Positions 9,518 to 18,826 are shown, numbered from the stretch's first letter. The stretch is DNA of 64,000 nt from Patescibacteria group bacterium (GCA_039934415.1 JBDTME010000001.1:442461-506460), one strand, 5' to 3'. Notes: generated by a model not told the origin, from the letters alone. Made by a program: numbers and translations.

Positions 9518-9592
9518 TCCCCGATAGCTCAGCGGTAGAGCAGGAAGCTGTTAACTTCAAGGTCCTAGGTTCGAATCCTAGTCGGGGAGCCA
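9518..9592 (+). tRNA. tRNA-Asn (GTT)
   Basis: Cloverleaf: TCCCCGA/TCGGGGA acceptor stem, GCTC/GAGC D-stem, CT-GTT-AA loop, CTAGG-TTCGAAT-CCTAG T-arm, G-CCA end. Confidence 0.97.
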
Positions 9593-11128
9593 CGTATTGC
9601 TTATCCGAACCAAATCACGCTGGATAAGCGCATCGAAGCCGTCAGTATAGACGACAGAATCAATCCTTTTCCCTTTAATTTGGATCTTTTTTACCAGCCA
9701 ATTTAGGAATTGTTTTCGCTCAGGTTTGGTGAAAGCTTTATAAAGTTCTGGCAGTCTCTTTAAAAAGGCGATGATCTTTTCAATCTTCTGTTCATCCATG
9801 TTAGCCGATGGCTTTGTGAGTTTCTCAATTTGTGATTCAACCGTTGCTAGCTCTTGCCTCAGTGGTGAGTATTTTTTCTCAATGCGTTCTTTGGGGATGA
9901 TCTCACCAATGAGCTGATCCTCTAAGGCATCCATTTTCTTTTCAATGACTTCTTTTCGTTTTTTGAGTGTCTTTATCTGACTTGGAATATCAGTACCTTG
10001 GTTTTGCATGAGTGTTTGAAGCTCTTTACGTAAGCCATCATAGAATCGTTCACTAAACTTTAATCCTTTAATCCAAGCTTCAAGTTGATCGTGTACTTCA
10101 TCCATGACCGCATAAGGCTCATTACAACTTTTGCCATAGCTCTTTTGACCAAGACAGCGATAGTAGGTGTTAATTTGGCCAGTATCTTTGATGTGTTGTT
10201 CACCAGACATCAAGGTGCCACATGTATTGCAGTAAACTAAGCCAGCTAAGAACCAGTTATGTTTGCGAGAGCGGTCAGCTCCTTTATTGTGTTTTTGCAT
10301 AATGTCCTTTGATTTTTGTATATCTTCCATTGTCACGATGCAAGCGTGTAAGCCGTCATACATTTTACCGTCGTAAAGAACCTTTCCTGCATAACGGACA
10401 TCAGTCAACATGCGATGGATGGCATTAGCTCTGACTCGGTTGCCTTTAGGTGTGCGAAAGCCTTCAGCAAATAACTCATCTTCAAGCCGATAGATGGAGT
10501 AGCCGTCAGTGTGATAGCGGCGAAAGACTTCTTTGACAAAGTAGTCTCGCTCTTTATCAATAGCCCAAGGCTCACCTTTTTTGTATGAATTAAGATACCC
10601 AACTATAGCAGGACCAGGCTGAATGCCTTTCTCAGCAATTGAGACCATAGTTCGCTTAGTTTTTTGCCCAGTGATCTCCCGTTGGAGTTGGTTGGCTCCT
10701 GCCATGATCAGGTCTACAAAGTTGCCCACTGGATCATCCCCAAAATTTGGTTGTTCGGTTGCTATGAGTAAGACGTTATGTTTTTTGAGAAATGATTTAA
10801 CGGCCAAGTGATCCTGAGCATTTCGAGCGAAGCGGTCAGTCTCTTCCAGTAAGACGGCATGGACTTCTGGATCATCTTCACAACGCTCCAACATGCGGTT
10901 GAATTCAGGTCTTCCAGAAGTAGTCCCACCGCTTTTACCACCGTCTTTATAGACATCGATGATATTCCAGCTTCGCTCCCTAGCAAATTTAGTGAGGCGT
11001 TCAATCTGATCCTCAAATGAATGACCTTCTTTGACTTGGCGATCAGTACTCACACGAGCATAGAGCAAACAATTCTTAACTTTGGAGTAATCGTCGGTTG
11101 TATTTAGTTGTTGATACATATTTACCAC
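9578..11128 (-). CDS. large serine recombinase (integrase)
   Basis: YARVS catalytic motif, DRFAR, recombinase domain, CNTCG zinc ribbon, coiled coil; stop codon falls inside the tRNA. Confidence 0.95.
   Translation of the reverse strand: MVNMYQQLNTTDDYSKVKNCLLYARVSTDRQVKEGHSFEDQIERLTKFARERSWNIIDVYKDGGKSGGTTSGRPEFNRMLERCEDDPEVHAVLLEETDRFARNAQDHLAVKSFLKKHNVLLIATEQPNFGDDPVGNFVDLIMAGANQLQREITGQKTKRTMVSIAEKGIQPGPAIVGYLNSYKKGEPWAIDKERDYFVKEVFRRYHTDGYSIYRLEDELFAEGFRTPKGNRVRANAIHRMLTDVRYAGKVLYDGKMYDGLHACIVTMEDIQKSKDIMQKHNKGADRSRKHNWFLAGLVYCNTCGTLMSGEQHIKDTGQINTYYRCLGQKSYGKSCNEPYAVMDEVHDQLEAWIKGLKFSERFYDGLRKELQTLMQNQGTDIPSQIKTLKKRKEVIEKKMDALEDQLIGEIIPKERIEKKYSPLRQELATVESQIEKLTKPSANMDEQKIEKIIAFLKRLPELYKAFTKPERKQFLNWLVKKIQIKGKRIDSVVYTDGFDALIQRDLVRISNTWLPD
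9583..9591 (+). repeat. att core (tRNA-proximal junction) CGGGGAGCC
   Basis: Identical 9-mer at 25378-25386; TTATCCGAA arm at 9601-9609. Confidence 0.8.
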
Positions 11129-11164
11129 TTTTGTTTATTATTCTCGATAATATTTCCATATATG

Positions 11165-12451
11165 TCAACTTGGGAAATGAAGCGGAGTATGGTGACTTTC
11201 CTTTTTAGCTCGGCTGACCATTATCTCTATGATGTTATTGGATTCTTCTTTGATACTCACTGTTTTCTCACTGATGTCTAGGGGTTTAGGGTACTCAAAA
11301 GTAATTTTTTCTTGCGGGATTCGATGAAAGTATTTCAACAACTCATCAAAAATCTCAGTGTGACATTGTTCTAACCATTTGTAGGCTCGCTGCCCCTTAG
11401 TTCCAAACCAGAGCTCTCTACTAACTATTTCTTGACCGTCAAAGTAGCATGCCTCAACTCTCTTAGTTGCGTCTATGTAAGCCTCCATTTTCAAACGCAT
11501 AGTGGCTACTTGTCTGAATATATCCTCCATCTGCTCTTTTAAATCAGAATGAAGTGTGAGGGTAATGTCAAAATAATCTTTACTATGAGTTGCCTTGATA
11601 AAGGCAAAACTTTCGAAGATTTGCTTCATACTCTCTTTAGTACGTTCGGCGGTTGCACCTGCGTAAGGTGGTGAGTAATCTATGGCAACTTCATTTTCGC
11701 AGAAGTGAACAAGTTCTTTTTTGTTATCAATAAAGTCATTAAAATTTCTATCTAACTTTTCTTTACACTCGTACCAGCTAAGAGCTGTTACTCCTGGTTT
11801 TCCAATATCTCGTTTAGTGCAATAGTATCCTTGGCCAGTTGTTACAGTTTTTCCTTCTAGAACATTGTTATCAATCCACTGGTTGATTTTTAGTTGTTGT
11901 TTTGCAACTTCCTCAGCCCATTCCTTTTTGAGGTAAAAGTCTCCATCTCTTAAAGCCATTTGCACTTCATCTACGTGCCAGTCTGTAAGTTCACCTTTTG
12001 ATTTGAAGTAATGCAACGCCTCTTGCTCTGCTAAGCATTCAATAGTGAAGACAGCTGAAAACTCTTCAGTACGAAGTTTTTGATAGAGTTCTTCAAATCC
12101 TTGTTCAGTTAGGACTTTGGGTAACCATTTGAGTTGAAGCAATAATACGTCCGCTGCAATACTGAACCTAAGTAGCCGATAAATCGCATCTAATTTTGAT
12201 GCAAAGTACTGTAATTGGAGTGTCATAGTTTGTAAGTCACCATCCATCATGGCTTGTAGCGTGTAAATTAAGCTTGCGTAAAAGTTATATTCATTGATTT
12301 GGGCATTCGTAATGCCAGCCTTTACTGCTTCAATTTCGTGGGTGTAATTTCTGTCCTCAAGCTGTTCTTTGACAGAGTATTCAGCCACTAACTTTGCCCG
12401 TTCTTTGGCGGTGAGTACTTTGCTGATATTGTTGAGAGAAAAGTTTTTCAT
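11165..12451 (-). CDS. hypothetical protein of the element
   Basis: 428 aa ORF coupled (ATGA overlap) to upstream gene; no recognised motif. Confidence 0.75.
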   Translation of the reverse strand: MKNFSLNNISKVLTAKERAKLVAEYSVKEQLEDRNYTHEIEAVKAGITNAQINEYNFYASLIYTLQAMMDGDLQTMTLQLQYFASKLDAIYRLLRFSIAADVLLLQLKWLPKVLTEQGFEELYQKLRTEEFSAVFTIECLAEQEALHYFKSKGELTDWHVDEVQMALRDGDFYLKKEWAEEVAKQQLKINQWIDNNVLEGKTVTTGQGYYCTKRDIGKPGVTALSWYECKEKLDRNFNDFIDNKKELVHFCENEVAIDYSPPYAGATAERTKESMKQIFESFAFIKATHSKDYFDITLTLHSDLKEQMEDIFRQVATMRLKMEAYIDATKRVEACYFDGQEIVSRELWFGTKGQRAYKWLEQCHTEIFDELLKYFHRIPQEKITFEYPKPLDISEKTVSIKEESNNIIEIMVSRAKKESHHTPLHFPS

Positions 12452-12831
12452 TTTGACCTCTTCTCAATTGTTCTGCGTTCGAAAATGACTCGCTCAATTG
12501 TTTCTAAGCGCTTACTTAGGTCAGCAGCCTCAATAGCTTTGAGTAAATGACCAGTCAAGTAACCAACGGTGTTGGCTATATTTGGAGGAATACTGCCATC
12601 TCTCACGCCGTTGATTGTTTGTTCAAGTAAGTCGATAGCATTATCGGGATCTCTCAATTGCAAAGGATCAAGGCTAATCAGTTCTTTTTTTGAAGAGTTT
12701 TTGCCACCTTCGGTTACTGCCGCAGCATGTTGCTCACGAGTGGCTGGATTGTGGGTAAAGCAGAACTCAGCATTCTTCATAGCATTAGCTTGGCATTGCT
12801 GATCGTTAGCTTTGAGATAAGTACATTGCAT
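12448..12831 (-). CDS. Cys/His zinc-finger protein, possibly terminase-small-subunit-like
   Basis: C-x9-C-x10-C-x2-H N-terminus, EGGK, C-terminal LKAIE..DLSKRLETIE; type often seen after primases in satellite-like elements. Confidence 0.55.
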   Translation of the reverse strand: MQCTYLKANDQQCQANAMKNAEFCFTHNPATREQHAAAVTEGGKNSSKKELISLDPLQLRDPDNAIDLLEQTINGVRDGSIPPNIANTVGYLTGHLLKAIEAADLSKRLETIERVIFERRTIEKRSK

Positions 12832-12880
12832 AGTTTTTCTCCTGATTTGTTAGTTACGCTTATGGGTGGAGGGGTGAAAA

Positions 12881-15226
12881 TTAGAACAGCGTCTGACGCA
12901 CCATTTCCTCCATATTTTCTTCATTTTTGTTGCCAATGCTGCCTATGTTGCCATCGGTTGAAGCTGTTGTAGTGGCTGATGGTTCTGGTTTAGAACCGTT
13001 GGTAGCTTGTTTGCTAATCGTGATGTACGTTCCCGCCAACTCTCGGTTCTTTGTGACATCCAGACCGTAAGCCATCAAATTAGGACGCACGTCCTTAATC
13101 TTTCTCCAAAGCCAGTTAGGGGATTTCGGGAAGCCTTTCTTGATTTTGAGTTTGTCGGCTTGAGCTTCCAATACATCAAATAGCTCGGAGCTTTTACCGA
13201 TCCAGTCACTCGTTTGGGTAGACATAAACTCAATCAAGGTTTGGGCGACGGCTGATGACTCAACAGCTTCTTCGTTTTGTTGGCGAACGTTCTGATTGAA
13301 GGCTCCAAGTAAGTCTTCTTCGGTAAATCCGAAGTGCATGGCAGCTGCGGTGGCATATTTGAAGTAGTCAGCCATTCTTGGTTTGGTGTGGAGTTTAAGA
13401 GTAGGAGCGAGTTTGAGCGTCGTTGCCACAGCATCAAACAATGATCCTAGTAGTAGAGGCTTGAGTTCTTCAAAATCATGCCAAAGGAACTTTTCTTCCT
13501 CACGTTGTGAGTCAGGAATTCTTTCCAAAGGAACGATAATGCTACGATCTAAGAGATCTGGGCGGGTGGCTACTTGGTTGATGCCACAAATACCAGCCAC
13601 ACGCTTGTAGGCATACAGTACGTCCTCATCATCAGTAAAAAGTTGGCGTTTGGTGAAGCCATCACCAGTGATCAGACGACAGAGGGCATCAGATAGGCTT
13701 GGGGAAATATCAGACAAGTTATCGAGAAAAAGTGCGTAGTGGTGACTTGCGAACTGAACGAGTTCACGAATGGAGTCAGGTGGTGTTAGAAGAGCAACCT
13801 GACTGGGGTCAATTAACTCTCTTAGTAACCTGAGAAGTGTTGATTTGGCTGAACCTTGATCGCCATGAAGAATGAGCATGGCTCGGGGAATATCAGGGAT
13901 GAGACTGGCCACTAAGAACGTCAAGACGAGCAGTTTATGTTCATCCGATTTGATATTCATAAACTGGGTGATTTCACGGAGATTGCCACCTCTTTTGGGT
14001 AAGACCTGGGCTTGCTGATGAGAAAAGCGTCTAAAGTAAACAGGAGCTTCTACTTCAACACTCCAACCTTCGGCAGTGATCTTAACAATATGCGTGTTAT
14101 CACCCATGTCATAGTAAATAGCTTTGCCTTTTCGCCCTACTCGGTTGAAAACCTCTATGGCTGGTCGATCAAAGGTAGCAATACCTTGCAGAGTTTTAAT
14201 CACAGCGCTGACTGCTTCTGAGCCAGGCGGTTTACCTTCTTGATCCCAATACATTTTGAATAGTAGTTGCTTAGTGGAGTCTGAATCGATTTTGTACGAT
14301 AAGAACGGCGTATGAGGTAAGGTCAGAACAGGTTCTTTAAACTGATTAGTGAAGAGTTTAATGGATGAAGATAAAACCATACCAACAAGTATTTGTGCTT
14401 GGCTTGGACGTTCGGAGCCACCTTGTGGACTGTTTACTGCCTTCTGTGAAATAGAGTTATAGACAGCTTCAATTTCTGAGCGAGGTAATGGAGGTTTGTT
14501 AAGCTGGTTCCAGGCTAAAAGTAAAGGCAAAGCAACTCTTTGCCACTCATCCTGAGGTAAGTATTTGAGGAGAAAGCCAACTACTTTGGCAGCTGAGTCA
14601 TTTCGTTTTGATTCACCGACCCCTTCAAAAATATTTTCTTCTGATTTGACTGTGGCACTCAGTTTGTCTTTGGTGGGTGGCTGCTGTAGCTGCTCGATGA
14701 GACCTGTTGGTAATTCAGCAAAAGAGATTTCGGTAGGTGACTCGAGCCAATAGTATTGATTTCCGCTGGGATGCTTTGAGGGAGGCAAGATGGCATATCC
14801 GCCTTCACCTCTAAAATCAGTTTTCTCTATGAAACTCGTAGCATTAGGAATCTCAAATTCAGGCGGTCTAAAGAAGTAATGGTGTCCACCTGAGCCTGTC
14901 TGTGAATGTGGCGTTTGGGGAAGTGTTTTAGTGTCAAATTTTGAGCCTTGGTCGAGATCTAAAACAACCACACCAGAAATCTTGCCTGTCACTAAAGCCA
15001 AGCCAGTTAGGCTTTTATGAGCTGACCATTTTTCAACTTCTTCGAGCGTAGGCTTCCTGTCTTGGAATTCTTTCCACTTAATTAGTGGCTTCTTCTCTGA
15101 ACCAATGGGGATGATTGACCAACCAAGTTCTAGATAGGTTTTGCCAAGCTCTAGCCATTCTTGTTGGGTTGATGGTGTTTTATTTGATATAGTACTCATA
15201 CATCTGTGGATAGAGGGCAAGTTCAA
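12881..15226 (-). CDS. bifunctional primase/polymerase (Prim-Pol) fused to PriCT-1 and P-loop helicase
   Basis: GWSIIPI..EKKP, VVLDLD, TGSGGHHYFF, DFRGEGGYAILPPS, RNDS..WN..NKPPL, GDQGSAKST Walker A, LFLDN. Confidence 0.9.
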   Translation of the reverse strand: MNLPSIHRCMSTISNKTPSTQQEWLELGKTYLELGWSIIPIGSEKKPLIKWKEFQDRKPTLEEVEKWSAHKSLTGLALVTGKISGVVVLDLDQGSKFDTKTLPQTPHSQTGSGGHHYFFRPPEFEIPNATSFIEKTDFRGEGGYAILPPSKHPSGNQYYWLESPTEISFAELPTGLIEQLQQPPTKDKLSATVKSEENIFEGVGESKRNDSAAKVVGFLLKYLPQDEWQRVALPLLLAWNQLNKPPLPRSEIEAVYNSISQKAVNSPQGGSERPSQAQILVGMVLSSSIKLFTNQFKEPVLTLPHTPFLSYKIDSDSTKQLLFKMYWDQEGKPPGSEAVSAVIKTLQGIATFDRPAIEVFNRVGRKGKAIYYDMGDNTHIVKITAEGWSVEVEAPVYFRRFSHQQAQVLPKRGGNLREITQFMNIKSDEHKLLVLTFLVASLIPDIPRAMLILHGDQGSAKSTLLRLLRELIDPSQVALLTPPDSIRELVQFASHHYALFLDNLSDISPSLSDALCRLITGDGFTKRQLFTDDEDVLYAYKRVAGICGINQVATRPDLLDRSIIVPLERIPDSQREEEKFLWHDFEELKPLLLGSLFDAVATTLKLAPTLKLHTKPRMADYFKYATAAAMHFGFTEEDLLGAFNQNVRQQNEEAVESSAVAQTLIEFMSTQTSDWIGKSSELFDVLEAQADKLKIKKGFPKSPNWLWRKIKDVRPNLMAYGLDVTKNRELAGTYITISKQATNGSKPEPSATTTASTDGNIGSIGNKNEENMEEMVRQTLF
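12927..12953 (+). repeat. three tandem 9-bp iteron-like repeats
   Basis: TTGTTGCCA-ATGCTGCCT-ATGTTGCCA in 3' end of primase gene (encodes GNIGSIGN). Confidence 0.6.
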
Positions 15227-15250
15227 GACTCACCCTCTATCTCTTTCCTT

Positions 15251-15634
15251 TTATTTCGACGCTGGCATTACTTCACTGATAATCTGCCATCCTTCGGTAT
15301 CACCAGGTTTGTTCTTAACTAAGATCTGGCAAGCTTTACCTACCAGATCATTGAAACTAATCTCTTGTTCAGTTTCAGGTTGAGTTCCAAGTAGAGCGGT
15401 GACGATATCGAACAGCTTGGAGTTCTTTTTGCCTTTCCTCAGAGTAAGTTTTGCTATAGTTGAGCGTTCCGTTCCTTTATTATCACCATCAGTGATCTCA
15501 AACTTTAGCTTCAAGAATGTGCCATACTCGCCTTCGCCTTTATCTATCTCGGTGAGTTTGGCTTTGTAAACTCCTACTGGAATCGGTTCTGGTATGCTTG
15601 ATTCTTGAACTGTTAATATGATGTTTGCTGACAT
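15251..15634 (-). CDS. phage-type ssDNA-binding protein (DUF669-like)
   Basis: PIPVGVYKAKLTEI...LKLKFEI...DLVGKACQILV OB-fold pattern. Confidence 0.65.
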   Translation of the reverse strand: MSANIILTVQESSIPEPIPVGVYKAKLTEIDKGEGEYGTFLKLKFEITDGDNKGTERSTIAKLTLRKGKKNSKLFDIVTALLGTQPETEQEISFNDLVGKACQILVKNKPGDTEGWQIISEVMPASK

Positions 15635-15684
15635 AATTTTTTCCTTTAATAATTTGTTTTTAAATTGGGTTCACTACTTTTTCT

Positions 15685-15972
15685 TCACATATTTCCTCCT
15701 TCCTCTGGCATCAATAACTCAAGAGCTTTTTGAGAAATGGCTTCTTCAATCTCTTGACCAACCTCATAGTTGATTGGGTAGAAAATGGGTATTTCTGTAC
15801 CGTTATTGAGTTTTTTTGTGGGATAGACACAACGGAAGCCGTTGCCATCTCTGCGAGTAAAGACAGCTATATTGCCTACATAAAAACTGTGGTCGATCAC
15901 AAAGTTGGCAAAGAAGGTAAGGCCATTACTCGTGCGAATAGGAAGTAACTCGATCTCACTGATGGTTTTCAT
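15685..15972 (-). CDS. SpoVG-family nucleic-acid-binding protein
   Basis: ISEIELLPI..GLTFFANFVID..FYVGNIAV...YPTKK...IFYPIN pattern. Confidence 0.7.
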   Translation of the reverse strand: MKTISEIELLPIRTSNGLTFFANFVIDHSFYVGNIAVFTRRDGNGFRCVYPTKKLNNGTEIPIFYPINYEVGQEIEEAISQKALELLMPEEGGNM

Positions 15973-16144
15973 AGGCTTGTGCCTCCTTATCTTGTTTTTC
16001 TAATCGGTCGATTACTTGCAAAAGGAGTTCAGCCATTGAATGAAAAGAGCTCGCAACGAGCTTGTCCCGCTTTTCTTCAAGCTTAGGTTTGAGGGAAGTG
16101 ATGGGTTGTAGACTAGATTTTTCTACGTTTTCTCCAAATGACAT
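15956..16144 (-). CDS. small hypothetical protein, first gene of replication operon
   Basis: ORF overlapping the SpoVG-like start; ATG at 16144 preferred. Confidence 0.5.
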   Translation of the reverse strand: MSFGENVEKSSLQPITSLKPKLEEKRDKLVASSFHSMAELLLQVIDRLEKQDKEAQAYENHQ

Positions 16145-16160
16145 GAAAGTATTTGACCAT

Positions 16161-16246
16161 CTCAATAGAGTATTGAGGTCAATACCCAGTTAGGGGCAAT
16201 TTTCAGAGGAAGGCAAACAAAAAAGGCCTCAATAGGTATTGAGACC
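16161..16246. promoter_or_regulatory. repeated palindromic operator sites (TCAATA half-sites)
   Basis: CTCAATA-GAG-TATTGAG (16161-16177), GTATTGA-GG-TCAATAC (16170-16185), CTCAATA-GG-TATTGAG (16228-16243). Confidence 0.65.
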
Positions 16247-16269
16247 TAACAGAAAGATGAAAGTGAGAT

Positions 16270-17208
16270 TTAATTATCTTCGATTATGGGAGTAAGAAGT
16301 ATTCTATACGCACCAGGCTGTGCATCCCTTGATTCAATTGAAATGTAATCTTCAGCAGGCTTGCCTTTTATTTTTTCATCTCGAATCTGAGAAAGAATCT
16401 GTCTTACTTCGTCTGATGTTGAATTTGTAAGTGTAGCGAGTCTTTTTACTTCGACCCAAGCATCTTTAAATAGTGTAAGTCTCTTGAAGACCACACACCT
16501 CTTATTTTCAGCTGAGGAAAATACAAGAGTTATTCCATCAGTGATTTGAAAAGTTTTGCCGTCCTTTCTCCAACCGATCGATGCTCGCCAATTACCCACT
16601 TCTGATTGCATTGCATTGTTGTTAATTTTGGCGACTGAGCTTGCTAAAGCTATAACAGCTTCCTGATATTGTTGCTCCCTGGCGTTTTTCTCATCGATAT
16701 ATGACCAATCAATTTCTTCTAAAAAGCTAGATATGCGGTCTGGCTCTCTGTATGACATTGCGGAAGGCGGAGGTAAGTAGAAGGTTTCTTTGAGTTCGGG
16801 AAGTAACAATGGGAGTTTATTTACGCTTACTATTACATCAGCTAGTTTTCGAAGTGTTTGCTGAGCCATCTCAACCATTTGACGGAGTGGTTCCCAAAAT
16901 GACGTAGTTATTTCATCGATTACTCTAAGAAGCGGGCTTTCGATACGGACAACGGTGGATATTCCCATCGCTAGTTCAAGGTAGACAGGCTTAAATTGAG
17001 TAGCTGCAACAAGGGCTTCATTCCTAAAAGTGAGAACGGATTGAAGTGACTCAAACAACCTAGTTGTTGGGTTTGCTATTTCAAGTAAAGGGCTTAAATT
17101 AGGAACAGCATTAACAAAACCATCTGAGAACCGAACCATTTTGTCATTGATTTCCTTGGCTTGCTCATCGGTTAAATACTCTATTTTCTTTGCAGATAAT
17201 TCTGGCAT
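16270..17208 (-). CDS. hypothetical protein with C-terminal winged-helix-like domain
   Basis: C-terminal WVEVKRLATLTNSTSDEVRQILSQIR...GAYRI resembles wHTH. Confidence 0.55.
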   Translation of the reverse strand: MPELSAKKIEYLTDEQAKEINDKMVRFSDGFVNAVPNLSPLLEIANPTTRLFESLQSVLTFRNEALVAATQFKPVYLELAMGISTVVRIESPLLRVIDEITTSFWEPLRQMVEMAQQTLRKLADVIVSVNKLPLLLPELKETFYLPPPSAMSYREPDRISSFLEEIDWSYIDEKNAREQQYQEAVIALASSVAKINNNAMQSEVGNWRASIGWRKDGKTFQITDGITLVFSSAENKRCVVFKRLTLFKDAWVEVKRLATLTNSTSDEVRQILSQIRDEKIKGKPAEDYISIESRDAQPGAYRILLTPIIEDN

Positions 17209-17309
17209 AGTCGCTACTTTTTTGATACATTTTCATGACACGAGTGAATTTTAGATTACCAGTAAAAAGCACGAATGTGAAGTACTGGGGATATTGATAT
17301 ACTAATAAT

Positions 17310-17939
17310 ATGACAGTAAATGAAATCTACACTAAATATAGAACTCCAAATAATTTACAACAACACATGCTTCGAGTCGCAGCCTTATGCACTGTAATAG
17401 TTTCCAGTTGGAAAGGTGAACCGATTTCAAAAGAAGACATCGTTAACACTCTTCTTTTTCATGATATTGCTAAACCAGTTACATTTGATATTGCTAACCA
17501 GGCTAGGTTTGTTAGCTCGCCAGAGGAACTAGTTCGGCTTGAGCAAGATATCAAGTACTTAGTTGACAACTTTGGTTCGGAAGAGCATCAAGCAGCCCTT
17601 AAAATTTTTCAAGACATAGGGTTGAACAAAAACTGTCAGAGATTAATTAATAATTTGGAATGGCACAATACGGATGATCTGATGCGAGTTAACGATATCG
17701 AGTCATTACTGACGATTTATTGTGATATGAGGATTGGTCCTAAAGGAGTGCTTTTAATTGAGCAGAGATTGAGCGAGCTTAACGCTCGTAATCCAATAGA
17801 AGACTTTGAAAAAAGGTTAAAATCAGCCAAAGATCTCGAGAATCTCATTATAGGCAAAGTTCCAATTAAATTGGACGAAATTAAAGAGGAGCAAATATCC
17901 CCAATTGCTGAAATGCTATCCCAAAAGCAATTCAACTAG
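17310..17939 (+). CDS. HD-domain phosphohydrolase
   Basis: HMLRVA...LFHDIAK...EH...YCD motifs. Confidence 0.8.
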   Translation: MTVNEIYTKYRTPNNLQQHMLRVAALCTVIVSSWKGEPISKEDIVNTLLFHDIAKPVTFDIANQARFVSSPEELVRLEQDIKYLVDNFGSEEHQAALKIFQDIGLNKNCQRLINNLEWHNTDDLMRVNDIESLLTIYCDMRIGPKGVLLIEQRLSELNARNPIEDFEKRLKSAKDLENLIIGKVPIKLDEIKEEQISPIAEMLSQKQFN

Positions 17940-18211
17940 AACTCAAATAGCTCACGAACCTTAGCCTTTAGGCCTTTGGCAATCTTAATCAGATAACGAA
18001 CAGAAGTGTTGACGTAACCATTCTCAATCTTAGCTAGATAGGAGACGTTAATGTCAGCTTCATCTGCTAAATCCTCTTGAGTCAGCTTGCGGTCATTGCG
18101 AAGCTTCTTGATTGTCAGTCCTAGCTGCACACGTTCTTTTTGATATTCGTTCTTTTGTTGGTATCTACTTGGCATCTCCCCATTATTTGGGGACTTGCCA
18201 TAAACTACCAT
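17936..18211 (-). CDS. XRE-family HTH regulator
   Basis: IKKLR...LTQEDLADEADINVSYLAKIENG; true start may be 18175. Confidence 0.9.
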   Translation of the reverse strand: MVVYGKSPNNGEMPSRYQQKNEYQKERVQLGLTIKKLRNDRKLTQEDLADEADINVSYLAKIENGYVNTSVRYLIKIAKGLKAKVRELFEF

Positions 18212-18239
18212 TCCATATATGGAAACATTGGTATATAAT
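18211..18239 (+). promoter_or_regulatory. 14-bp palindromic operator over divergent XRE/DUF4352 promoter
   Basis: TTCCATATATGGAA (18211-18224), TATAAT at 18234-18239. Confidence 0.6.
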
Positions 18240-18276
18240 CACAAGAACCAGACGTAGAACTCAGAAAGGAAAATGT

Positions 18277-18822
18277 ATGAAAAAAGTAGCAATGATTGGT
18301 GGAGGCATATTTTTGCTTCTCATTATTATTGGAGCCGCCTCAGGTGGTAGTAAAACTGAAAAAGTTGGCTCGACGAGCGACACTTCCCAAGTAGCCACAG
18401 CACCTTCTTCTCAACCTCAACAAGACACAAAATATAAAGTAGGCGATCAAGTGAAAATGGGTGATGTGATTTTGACAGTCAACAAAATGGAAAAATCACA
18501 AGGTGGGCAATTCACTAAGCCGAGTGAAGGCAATGAGTGGATTAACCTCAACATGACCATTGAAAACACTGGGTCAAAGCAAGAGTACGTCACTACCTTG
18601 GGTCAGATGTACGTTGTTGATAAAGACGGTAATCAATATCAGATAGCTGTTACCAATAAGGCAATGGAAAACATCAACAACTCTCTTGATGGTGCAGTAG
18701 TCGCCAAAGCCAAGAAGACTGGGTGGGTTGGTTTTGAAGTACCTAAAACAGCTACTGGCTTAACCTTCCGCTACAACGCTAGCTTCTGGAATGACAAAGC
18801 CATCCTAGTTGAATTGCAATAA
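18277..18822 (+). CDS. DUF4352-family membrane-anchored protein
   Basis: N-terminal TM, S/T/Q linker, YKVGDQV...NMTIENTG...DKDGNQY...GWVGFEVP; AAAGGA SD. Confidence 0.8.
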   Translation: MKKVAMIGGGIFLLLIIIGAASGGSKTEKVGSTSDTSQVATAPSSQPQQDTKYKVGDQVKMGDVILTVNKMEKSQGGQFTKPSEGNEWINLNMTIENTGSKQEYVTTLGQMYVVDKDGNQYQIAVTNKAMENINNSLDGAVVAKAKKTGWVGFEVPKTATGLTFRYNASFWNDKAILVELQ

Positions 18823-18826
18823 ACTC

